This document shows positions 38,457 to 50,402 of a stretch of 64,000 nucleotides of DNA, piece after piece; the stretch's first letter is position 1; each line of letters opens with the position of its first letter. The stretch spans positions 3,596,001-3,660,000 of the forward strand of contig CP110440.1 in assembly GCA_026914245.1 (NCBI GenBank), in the 5' to 3' direction. Position numbers and translations under genes: made by a program. The notes beneath the pieces are model-generated. The model made no database searches, was not told the origin of the DNA, and saw only the letters and a list, made by a program, of their open reading frames with translations. The DNA comes from Puccinia triticina. Taxonomy: Eukaryota.

Positions 38457-40756
38457 TCAGGGCTTGTCTCTTATGTGACGTGGCTCTGATGGATTTTAAG
38501 TTCACGCTGTAGCAGCTTGGGTAGCGGCCAGCGGAGATGGGGCCGCACTATAGCTCAAAGAGCCAGTGGGAATAAACCACACCTCGACGCTAGGTAGCGG
38601 AGGGGCTAGCTCCCTTACAAAAGTAAGGGGACGCGGCGATGACTCGAGCCGGCGCCGTAGCTTTAGAACAAAGAAGGATTATTTTCTAAGTTACAGGTGT
38701 GATAACAATCACCTGTAACTAGAAAATACACGAGTTGAAGGTAAAGAAGACTGTAGAGAGAAACAAGGTTAGTTTGATTATTATAAACCCCACTCACTAT
38801 TGATTGTAGTAAGGTTGGCGGGTTTTTTATGTGTGATAATCTTGGGGGGAAATCTCTCCAGGGGAAAGATCCCCCCTTTTATATTACAGGATCAGCTCCC
38901 TCCTTCGAGTCAAGGTCCTGAGGGATCCTTAACTCCAAGGAGGAGTGAACACGGAATTCAGAAGGGGATTTACATAAATATGTATGTAATCACCCTATTT
39001 GTAAATATATTAAGCTTAATCAGGATAAATACACAGAGAGATAAGATTATCTCTCTCAGTATAAACAGATATGTAATCAATGTGAAATAAGATTAATTAC
39101 ATACTCAAAAGAGTGTGAAATAGGTACTAAATACATAATAATAGTACATTAAAATAAAAGGTACATACTTCATGTAATGACAGGGAATTGAACTCTTGAC
39201 TTTATGTACATGAGTCAATCATTAAAGAAGTCTTTAACCATTAGCACCACCCGCAAACGGGTGTGGTTTTCTCCGCAGCCACACCCAGTGGTTTTCCTGC
39301 GGAACTCGCGCGGCCCCCCAAAAACTCGTGCGGCCCCCGGACCCCCTAGCTGCATATCATTTGGGGTCCTTATGGGGCCGACCGGTCATCAGCATAAATC
39401 TCGATGACCGGCGAGCTGGCTGGTCATTGAGGTTGTATAAATGTACCTCAATGACCATCTGAACGGTCATCGAGGTATACATAAACCTTGATGACCGGCC
39501 AGCTGGCTGGTCATTGAGGTACATAGTACCTTGATGACCGGAGCCGACCGATCATCAAGGCGTAAACCTCGATGACCGGAGCCGGCCGGTCATCTGTATA
39601 CTTCAATGACCATCTCAATTGAACGGTCATCGAGGTGTGGTATTCAGATGACCGGCCGGCTCCGGTCATCGAGGTCCTTGATGACCGGAGCCGACCGGTC
39701 ATCAAGGACCTCAATGACCGGAGCCAGCTGGACATCTGGATACCACACCTCAATGACCGGTCAGCTCCGGTCATCGAGGTGTATGCGTTGATGAACTGTC
39801 AGCTCCGGTCATCGATACACCGCGATGACCGGCCAGCTGGCTGGCCCTTGAGGTACATATTTAGGTACCTTGATGACTGGAGCCGACCGGTCTTCAACGC
39901 ATACACCTCGATGACCGTTCAATTGAGACGGTCATCGAGAACGGTCATCGAGGTGTGGTATCCAGATGACCGACCGGCTCCGGTCATTGAGGTCATTGAG
40001 GTCCTTGATAACCGGAGCCGACCGGTCATCAAGGCATACACCTCGATGACCGTTCAATTGAGACGGTCATTGAGGTGTGGTATTCAGATGACCGGCCGGC
40101 TCCGGTCATCGAGGTCCTTGATGACCGGAGCCGACCGGTCATCAAGGCATACACCTCGATGACCGTTCAATTGAGACGGTCATCGAGGTGTATGCCTTGA
40201 TGACCGGCCGGCTCCGGTCATCAAGAGCCGACCGGTCATCAAAGCATACACCTTGATGACCGTTCGATTGAGACGGTCATCGAGGGTATGCCTTGATGAC
40301 CGGTCGGCCCCACAAGCACCCCGAATGATATGCAGCTAGGGGGTCCGGGGGCCGCACGAGTTTTCGGGGGGCCGCGCGAGTTCCGCGCGAAAACCACTGG
40401 GTGTGGCTGCGGAGGAAACCACACCCATTTGCGGGTGGTGTAGGCTATAAGACATGTACTCTGCATTGTAGACACATGGACTTAGTGTCTCAGTGTCTGA
40501 CAGCCAGAGTGTCTTAAACCGGCCACCTGTCACCACAGGACACTTCCATGTGCGGATAGTTTTTTGGGGGGAGCTGGTGGCGCGCACGGAGGGGGCTCCA
40601 AGGTCTAGTGAGGTTGAGTCCACGGTAATTCACGTGCGCAAAGAGTTTCCCTCCGTGCGCAAATTAAATCTTTTTCTAATAGAGTGGAGTGTGTATAAGC
40701 GCGCTGCTTATTCGATTTATTCTGACAGTTAGATCTGACTAGGGAGCTAGCTGACA
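38455..40756. mobile_element. Possible long solo LTR carrying an inserted CACTA-like element
   Basis: TGTCAGG...GCTGACA ends like 2161-3959; ~1.1 kb after removing the insert; no clean TSD. Confidence 0.4.
39245..40440. mobile_element. CACTA/CMC-like non-autonomous element
   Basis: ~145-bp TIRs starting CACCACCCGCAAA; 3-bp TSD TAG; interior built from GATGACCGG..CCGGTCATC palindromic units. Confidence 0.93.
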
Positions 40757-40903
40757 CTATTTAACTCAGTCACAAATGTAAATTGCAGATGATGATGTCA
40801 CAACGTGTTTTTTTCCAATACATTTTTTCTTCTTCTGATTCTTAGATGGTACATGATACTTCAAGTTTGGAGACATACAGTTGAGCTTGAAAGGAAAGAG
40901 GGT

Positions 40904-43184
40904 TTAGATATGACCAGCACCACATTGGCCTGCAACTTCACGCTGGATGCTGGAGGCGGGCGAGACATTGGCTCGTGCCACCGCTGGAAACGTCTATTTT
41001 TTCAAACATGTATGGTGATTATTTAGCCTTTTGGACACAAAGCTTACAGGGGCTCATATGAAAATATCACTTACTTTAAAATTATCCAAAATTTGGCTAT
41101 CGAGAGCAAACTTGTATGGCGAGGACTTTCTCAATAGGTTAGTGACACAAGGTCTTCCCAGAATTGACGTGCATCGAGCGGCTTCTTCAGGTTTCATAGG
41201 CACATAAGAGTGCCCAGCGTCTTGTGTTTCGATATCGGAAGGGTTTTGGATTTTGACGTTTTCAAAAAGGTTTCCTTCCGCTAAGACTTTGCTTCCACTT
41301 CCTATCTCAAACGTCTCACCTCTGCTCACAAAGTACCCGATGTTAGTAAGGAGGTACTGCGAGTGATCCCGGTAGCAAGAACGAAATCTCTCACAAAATA
41401 TTCGTGTGCACATTGTTGTAGCTGGAAATACAAAACGTTGTGGTGTCAACATAGCTATCAAGACAACCATCTGGGGCAGAAAGCGTCGGAAATATTGACA
41501 TACTAGTGTAGTAGTACCTTGGGATTCCCAGAACCCCCTGTTTTTGGAGTTCTGCCTGAGGTTGAATCAATACAGCTGGTAAAAGCTTAAAGCATGAGTA
41601 TTTTTGCCCCGGTTCATGTTTTCTTCTTGGATTATTTGGTTCGAGTGTATAGGCACGAGAGGAAGAACTCAACTTGCGAGCCATAGTTATTTGGTCATCG
41701 GCGCCGGAGAGTAGTACTGTCCAGTAATGACGGCTAATAGTTCATCAATCTATCAGTTTGAAAGATTTAAAAATTTAATTATTCATGATGGGCCAAATTG
41801 AATGCACTCACTTGCTACACCTTTGTGACCATTTAGTTTTTCCCGAAAAAAGGTTGTTGGATATTGTGATACCCGTGTTGGCTTCAACCTGTTGCATACC
41901 GCCGCTGGCGATCATTTGACGACCTATGTGGCTGAAAGTGCAGTGATCGATCCATATCTGAAAACAAGAAGCTCGGGAGTCAAAACCTCGCTAATGGTGC
42001 TCTCAGGAGAAAAGTCTAATTACATCTTTCGCGCCGTCCATCATAATTGCATCACCTCCCCAGACCTGTTGATTGCTTCCAGAAATTTCAATTGAATGAG
42101 AGGTTTGAAATTTGTGTATGCCGGAGAGATAGGGCGAGAAAAAGGAGAAGCAATCAAATCACTGACAATGGATGGATTGAGCCAGGTAATGTGAACATTC
42201 TAGTGAGGATAGTTGATGAATAAGTGGGATGAGTTTGAGAGGCTTATGAAAATTTGGTCAATGAAAACGAGGGAAACAGACCTGAATGATGATGTTTTGG
42301 ACGCGATATATAAGAAAACTGATGGAAAATATTAAAAATCAATCAGATTGACTGTGAATTTAGCAAGGAAGGTAGGCGTGAGGCTGCATAAGTTACCCTT
42401 TCCCTTTGATCATTGCTGATTTGCCGACACCTACTAGAGTCTTCTGACCTTGAATCTTTATCGGATTCAACGGAGAGACTTCAATTGGGACCTAGGGAAG
42501 TAAGTTTTCATGAATGACTAGACTACAGTGCAAGATTAGAGAAGCGGTGCATACGGGAACGTTTCCCGGAAGCTTTTTCTCTTTGCTACACCAGTTGTCT
42601 AAAACCGCAAGAATTTGGTTAGCCCTGTTACAAATCAGCCATAGCTGAAAGACTGACCATAATTCATTGCTAACTGTACCTCCATTCCGTTTGGACAAGA
42701 CTTCCAAGGTTTGCTAAAACAATTAAGAAAATAAAATGCTATGTTAGCTGAGGCAAAACCAAATTGCTCTTCAGATCACTTTGAAACATGTTTACCATCC
42801 TGTGGTGGTTGTGTTAGTGGGAGAAGTAAAGTCGTAAGTTTTGTCGATCCTAATAACTCTTGGGACTTTGTCAGTCAGCCAGGCTTCCAGTTCGGCGGGA
42901 CTCCTTGGTGTTTGAGGTTTGGCTTTGCCGCCACCAGTTACTTTGGATCCGAAGCCAAATGGAGTAGCTTTCGCTGCGCCTTTCGGGTCGGGGAGATTTC
43001 CGGACGCGTCCTCGATGGAACTAGGCTTCAATATACCCGATTTTTGTCCGCGAATGCCAGATGGCTTGGAAGGTTTTTCTGGGGAGCGGCGATGGATATG
43101 AACACTAGGATCTGCATTCGCCAAGAGTATTATGGACAGTACCGGCAGGCAGAGAAAAATGAAAGATAATGAACCAGCCATCAA
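40904..43184 (-). CDS. Secreted polysaccharide lyase family 1, pectin lyase type, many exons
   Basis: Signal peptide; PFGFGSKVTGGG; KTLVGVG; VWGGDAI; IWIDHCTFSHIGRQ; HYWTVLLSG; SGRTPK; VLAEGNLFENV; last exon ends QCGAGHI*. Confidence 0.92.
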
Positions 43185-44543
43185 TTAATTAGATGCTAGT
43201 TGTAAGAGTTGCCTATTCGCGGCTGTCCACGTGAATTGGCACAGTAGGATTGAAAGAAAAGAAGTTTGACCGAATTCTTGATGCCGGGTGTGGAATAGAG
43301 ACCTTGAGGGATCGATCGATTAGGCCCGGAAGAATGAAAACAGAACTTGGAATGAGGATCGAAGAGAACTATATGTACACGGAAGAGAACCTTCTCTGGC
43401 TGAGAATATTTTCAGTTGCGAGAGGGAAGATGGCCTCCTCAGTCAGCTTCGTGAGCCCGCTTTTGACCTTGGCAGTTGGCACACTGAAGGGTTGCAGGCA
43501 ACCTTTAGGGTAACTGCAACCGCGACCCACCCTCACTCAACACACAGGGGGCTTTTTCCTTTCTATTTTACACTAGGGAACAGCGCGGCTTCGCCGCGAC
43601 CTGTACCAACCGAGCTTAACCAAGCCTCTCTGGAGGAGAGCCCCGCAGGGTCTCTGTCTCACGGAGAGGCTTGCCCCCAACACCCCTTTCGATACCTCCC
43701 TGACTATACAGCAGTACCTGCATGTAGTGTGTGGAACCTGCTGGACAGTCAGCCAGCGCACCTCGCCAGTCCTCGCTGCTCCGCGAGTCCCCTCGGCTGG
43801 TTTCCCACCGAAACTCGACAAGTCCTCCAAGAAGTAAGCCAGAGTAAGCCCTCATGCTGCGCAGCCAAGTTATGTACATACACAGCGGGACTACCCCGCG
43901 TGAATTGGAACCGTAAGGAGGACGCGACAGTAGCCGTGGCGTTGTACGACGCAATAGGACGCACCTATGACTACAAGCCCCCATGTCGCACCTATTCCAC
44001 CGACTGGGACGAGCCCAGTCACTAGCCCGGCTTCCCCACGCACCTGTGACCCGGAAAGGACTTGGGTGTCCTGCCCGCGTCACAAGGGGCGTCACAAGAA
44101 CAGTAGGGCTCCGTCATTAGACGGTTGACCCAGGCTGTACTGTCACTGCCGACACCCAGTTGTGAGGGCCGCCCTATTACTCCTACTTCTTTAGTAGCTA
44201 TGAACAAACTCAAGAGAGAGTGTCGCTTGTTTTCGGATGTAATAGAGGGTAGTTTATCTTCGAGTGAAGATTAAACTCTTGAAGGGTAATTTAGACTTTG
44301 TTGATTTTATTTCGGAACTCAAGAGTGATGAAGACTAAGAACAAAGATATCGCGATGAGGAAGAGGAAAGGAAAGAAACAACATCCCCGACAAGGCTAAA
44401 TACAACGATGAAAGCTCGGATAACAAAACTAAACTGTATAATTAAAAGCCAGAGTAGAAATCGTAAAATCTACTAGTAGTTCATAAGAAATCTTACATAA
44501 TTAATAATAAATCTCTTATAATATAAGTAACATGTAGAAAACG

Positions 44544-47500
44544 TTACAAATTGGCCTGACCTTGTACCTGGAATTCTTCCGCCACCTTGCCCGCGGACCT
44601 GCTTTTCCTTTTTGCTTTATTTTTAAGGTCTTTCTCACGAATCAGCTTAAATGATTGTAAAATGGAATTTACCCCTGTTGGAATGTGTTCCTTGGCTATC
44701 CACGTATCATTCGCCACCGTCTAATTCTTCCAAGAAACAAGATAATCAAACTTACCTTTCTTTAGAGACCTTACATCCAAAATAGCTTTCATTAACGACC
44801 AATCAACAATTTCTCCATCTTCATAATATCTTTCCTTTATACCATCCGTCAACCCGCAATCCACAACACCATTTGGCCTAACATAACAAACAATTAGCGA
44901 CACGTTGAAAACCGGATGTAATTTAGGATAATCTTTTAGAATGTCTAATTCTACCGCGTTCAATCCTACCATCTTTTTAACCCAAAACGGACCTATGTAT
45001 CTGTAATCAAGCTTTGAATTCAAACGCCTGGACTGTATAAACTTCCGCATCAGTAAGACCTCGTCTCCTTCTTCATAAACTGGCGACGGCTTCTTTCCCG
45101 AATTATAATAAAGAGCTTGTTTCTTACGTGCCAAAACCAAACATTCCATTGCCTTCTCTTGGGTCAGCTGCAAGTCTAATAAAAACTCATCCAACTCCTT
45201 CCGCCCCAAACTCTCAGTCATAATGTTAAACTTTGGGTGATGACCATAAGAGAAAAAAAAATGGAGAAACTCCTAAACTTGCCGAATCTAAATTATTAAC
45301 AGAAAACTCTGCCATGTCCAAACACTTATCCCAATTGTCTTGATAATAGGAACAGAAATGACGTAAGTAATCTTCTAAAACTTGATTCATCCTTTCTGTT
45401 TGACCGTCTGTTTGAGGATGATACGCCGTTGAAAGAGCCGACCTTATGTTCAACGCATTCTTCAAACACTTCCAAAATTCACTCACAAATGTGGGTCCTT
45501 GATCAGAAACGATCCTATCCGGTAATCCATGCAATCAAAAGATATGCTTCCTAAATAAATTAGCTAATACCGCCAAAGAAGAAGATTCTTTACAAGGAAT
45601 GAAATGAGTCATCTTACTTAACAAATCAATAACCACTAAGATTGAGTCAAATCCGGCCGACAAAGGTAACTTTGTAATCATGTCCATTCCTATGGTACTC
45701 CACGGCTTCGGTCCTGAAACCAACGGTACCAATTCACCATCACAAGCCTGCCGCCGCGCTTTCACCCTTTGACAGGAATCACAGGATCGCACATAATCAG
45801 CCACATTCTTACCTACTCCAGGCCACGAGAAAGTCCTCGTTAAAGTCGACAAGGTTTGTGCTACCCCGGGATGTCCCACCGTCGGAGCGTCGTGATACAT
45901 CTGTAATATCCTTATTTTCAACTTCTCTGGGACCAAAATCCTGTCGTGATGCAACACCAAATTATTCATCTTTCTTACATCTTTACCTAAGTAGTCAGTA
46001 TCAGTGTAGTTCTTAGCAAAATGATTTAACAAAAATTGATTTGGCCGCTGAAAAGCAATGTCATGAATACCATGAAACCCCACAACGTCCGATGGATGTG
46101 TCTCATTTATCGCCTCCATAGGAACCAGTTTATCCGTTATAGAACGAGCCTCCGGAAAATCCTTACGATCACCGACATAGTCTTCTCGTCTACTCGGCGC
46201 ATCCGCCGGATTCCGCTTCCCTGGCACATGATAAATCAACATGTTAAAATTATCCAAAGTTAGTGCCCAACAAGCCTGCTTTGGAGATAAATATTTTGCC
46301 GTCTTGAAGTACAATAAATTAGAATGGTCAGAAAACATTTTTACGGGCTCTTCTGTACCCATCAACCATGCCCGCCACTCCTCGCATGCTTCAACAATGG
46401 CCAATAATTCTAGATCAAAGATCATCCACGATCGTTCCCTATCAGTCAACTTCCTCAAATAATAACTTACCGGCAAAAGCTTGCCATCCTTATCTGGCTG
46501 ACTCAACACTGCGGCTATAGCAAACCCCGAACTATCTGTATGTACGAATCTAGGTTTATCAAAATCAAAATGTACTAACAATGGCTCATTGACAAACAAG
46601 GATTTCAAATCGTCGAAAGCCTTCAACGATAATTCCATTTTCCAACCGACACGATCACCCAATCCATCCTTTGTCATTGAAGTCAAAGGACCTGCTACGT
46701 CAGAAAAACCCGGTATAAATTTCCTATAGAAATTAGTAAACCTGAGAAACTTCCGCAGTTCTTTTAAATTAGAGGGATACGGCCATGAATTTATTGTATC
46801 TAGCTTTCTTACGTTCATCTTCAAACCCTCCTGTGTTATATCAAACCCCAAAAAAGTCACCTTAGGACAAAAAAACTCACACTTACTCAAAGATGCCTTC
46901 AAAGAATATTCCCTCAGCTTCGCTAGAATCCTCCTTAAATCCAACAAATGATCTGCTTCCGTCTTAGAAAAGATCAAAATATCATCAATATATACGAAAC
47001 AACAAACATCCAAGTATTCACGTAACACATGTTGAATAAAACGTTGAAAAGTCGCCAGGGCGTTAGCCAAACCGAAAGGCATAACTTGATACTCATACAA
47101 TCCCCATGGTGTCCGAAAAGCTGTCTTCCACTCATGACCCGGAGCCACCCTTAAAAGATTGAAAGCTGCCTTTAAGTCAATCTTGGACAAAAACTTACAG
47201 CCATGAAGATTATTTAGCAAATGAGAAATCACCGGCAATGGATATGAATCCCTAATCGTCATCCCATTTAGGAGCCTATAATCTACACAAGGACGATCAG
47301 CCTTTCCTTCAACCTTGACATAAAAAATTGGCGCCGCCGCTGGTGAGGAAGACACTCTAATGAAACCTTTAGCCAAATTCTCATCCACGTACAGCTTCAA
47401 CGCATCTTGTTCTTCTTTACTTAAGTTATACATTTTACCAAAAGGGGGAATTGAATTCTCCTTCAGATTAATTTCGCAATCAAAGCCCACACGATGGGGA

Positions 47501-49812
47501 GGCAGCCGTGCTAAGCTCTCTGTCACGAACACGTCAGAAAACTCTCTCAACAAACACGAGCTTTTTGACTCTTCAATTGCGGAATTAAAAGAGATACAAC
47601 CGTTGATAACAATATCATTATCTTTCCCACCAATGAAAGTGTTTGTGTCTTTAAGCCAAGTACTACCTAGAATAATCTTAGAAGAAGACAACCTGGTCAC
47701 ATTTAATCGCACTTTGGATTCTAAAAATTTACCATCTATGATCGGAATGAGAAGAGAAACCTCAACAAAAGAAACCACATTGCCTGACACCGCCTTCGAA
47801 CCATCGAAAGACCTAATTGATAAAGGTTGAGAAAGCGCAAAAGTAGGAAGCTCCTGAATTGTAACAAGACGGTTGTCAATAAACGAATTTGAAGCACCAG
47901 AGTCCACCAAAACGTGAACATCAAAAACATTGTTCGAACCCGCAATAATCTTCCCTTGAAACATAGGACGATCATTTATGTTTGAAACCAAAACTCGATA
48001 GAAAGGCTTACATTCATCATGTTCCTCCTTGCTTAACTCCCGATTAAATAACAATTCCGCAACCGAGAGAGTCTCATTGGAGATTGAGTCAACATAACGA
48101 ACTCCCCCATACTCCGCGCCCGAATTCTGATCCATGGAGATAGAAGGGGCCAAATTTGAGGCTTGAGGAACCGATTGAGTTCGCTTCTTGAAGATTGGCT
48201 GTTCCGAGACTTCTGAGACTGATTCCCGTTTCTTCCCTTTGTCGGCATAGCGGGAGCGACTCGGATCCGCTCAATTTTGATCTTTGCGCAAAGTCCCGCC
48301 CCAACCCTTCCAAATCTGAAGTAAGTCCTCCTTCTTCATCCATTTGTCTTCCGGTAAGGGGCAACCTCTTTTCTTATAATGATCTTCATCAAAAGCACCC
48401 GCACAACGAATGCAAAGTCCTCGTCGAGTAGCCTCAACACGCCATAACGGAAAATTAAAACCCGAATCCGCGGACATTACATCGATATCCATTGGTACCT
48501 GTTGAGTTGTCTTGACTGGGGGGGGAACTGGTGCAGGAACTGGAGGGGGAACAGCGACCCAATACTCGATTCTGGTCGCCGGAGCCGCTCGACGATGATT
48601 TAAAGCCGCCACCTCAACCGCATCCGGAGCCAAAGCTACTGCTCTCGCCTGTTTAGCCTTCAAAGTTTGAATTGAAGACCATTCGCCCCGAACCAATCCA
48701 CACTCGTGAATCTTGACGTTGACACCATCTTGATAGAGAGCCACCAAAGTCGATTCAGAATAATCGACCAAATGTAAATACAAATTGAACTCAATATTGA
48801 AGTCGGTAATAGACCTTGAACCTTGACGTAAAGATGAAAGCTTAGCGCGAGCTTCTTCCACTTCCTTATGGTTTGAAAACAAGTCCTTCAGAGCCCCGAG
48901 AAACGATTCCGAGTCCGCCAATTCCGGAATGACAAAGTCATTCAAGGATGAAGCCCGCAAAACCGGCACCCCTAGCTTCTCGGCATTCTCCTTCAGAAGT
49001 CCACGCCACCAGTAATAAGAAGGGCAGTCATTGCCTAAATTACCGGATGCCGCCCTAAAGTACGACGCGATCCAGAGAATTTTTTGACGCTCTGTAGCAA
49101 AATTATTGGGAAATTGCGCAAAAGTATCTCGCATAGTCGCACAGAAACGGTAAGTCTCACAAATATTCCCAGAAAAATAGATATGTGAATAATGAGGAGG
49201 TTCTGGATTAGACTTCACCGCAGATCGACGAGAGAAAGAGTCCTCCAACACCGACATGCGAGAATTGATCAAAGAATTCGTAGAATCTAATGAATTGCGA
49301 ACCTGGAGAAATTCTTGAGAATAATGAAGCTTCATTCTAGTAAAGTCATTAGCAAAAACCAACAGCTGCGATAATTCCTTAATGGTTGCATCATTCTTAC
49401 GAATAGTTTCCTCGTTCCTTCTAGCTTGAACTTGAAGACTAGCAATTGCCTGAGAATTAGCAACAATCGTTTCGTCACGATCCGGAAGTTTATTGACATC
49501 CAATCCGGCAATCAAACCCAAAACCACCTCTTCTTGAGGAACCGAACCCAAAGCACCTTGATAAGAAGATTGATGAGGGCCAGGAGAAGTCGATATCGGT
49601 AATGAGTCAATGGGTTGAGGCTCGAAATTAGCCGGAATTGGGCCGAGAGGTGGAAGGGAACGTTGATTATCATCGGAAACAGTGAAATTCGGAAGAGGGC
49701 TTTGAAAAGGAGTCACAAAAGGTTGTCCAGCGTGATGAGAAAAGGAATTCGGGTTGGGAGACGAAGATAAGGACATGCGAATAGGGAGAACTGGAGAAGA
49801 GTTGTTGGACAT
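44544..49812 (-). pseudogene. gag-pol polyprotein (Gag, PR, RT, RNase H, IN, chromodomain) with stops and a frameshift
   Basis: Gag PMDID + CIRC knuckle; VLVDSGA; YIDDILI; HTDSSG..ELLAI; H..GH..CDSC, D..D..E; YLVSWK..DTW chromodomain. Stops at 48271, 45535 and 44721; frameshift near 45250. Confidence 0.95.
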
Positions 49813-49962
49813 GATGACTATATTTTATTTATATTTTGAAGGTTGAACTTGCGAAAGCTTAATCAAAACAAAGAGATAGGTTGATAAAGCAAATGAATAA
49901 CCAAAGATCGCCAAAATTTTATATGTTTGGAAATCTAAGGTTGGAAGATTGCAATATAATTG

Positions 49963-50402
49963 CAACGTTGTAACCGCTGCGCTGCGCTAGACAAAGCGGT
50001 CATTTAGCGCAGCGCAGCGCTTACACCGCTACGTCCCATAGCGCTAAATTTAGCGGGGTACTGTTTCATCCTGAGGGGTGGCAGTGTTAGCGCAGCGGAA
50101 GCGCAAATCCGCTACGCTATCCGCTAATTTAGCGGATAGCGCAATTTTATTGTGTTTTGAATGGCTTTTAACATGATTTAAACCTGTTTTTGAAAACCGC
50201 TGCACTACCGCTGAAGCGCAGCGGTTCAGCGCTACGCGGGCGCTTTTTTTAGCGCGCTGCAAATCACCGTTTTTTCCTGGGAAAACAAAAAGCGGTTAGC
50301 GCAGCGGTCTGACCGCTGCGCGTAGCGGTTAGCGCAGCGGCACAAAAACCGCTGCGCTAACCGCTTCGCTACGCTAAACGCAGCGCAGCGGTTACAACGT
50401 TG
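49963..50402. mobile_element. MITE inserted at the LTR/PBS junction of the Gypsy element
   Basis: 24-bp TIR CAACGTTGTAACCGCTGCGCTGCG; 7-bp TSD ATAATTG (49956-49962, 50403-50409). Confidence 0.93.

Noticed and set aside
39390..40300. Palindromic GATGACCGG/CCGGTCATC units as a CRISPR-like array or coding ORFs
   Set aside because: Irregular spacing, repeated spacers, enclosed by TIRs with a 3-bp TSD; the ORFs are repeat artefacts.
48153..48273. Programmed stop-codon readthrough between gag and pol
   Set aside because: The stop reads AAT-TGA, explained by TCG>TTG mutation of an Arg codon, like the 45535 stop.
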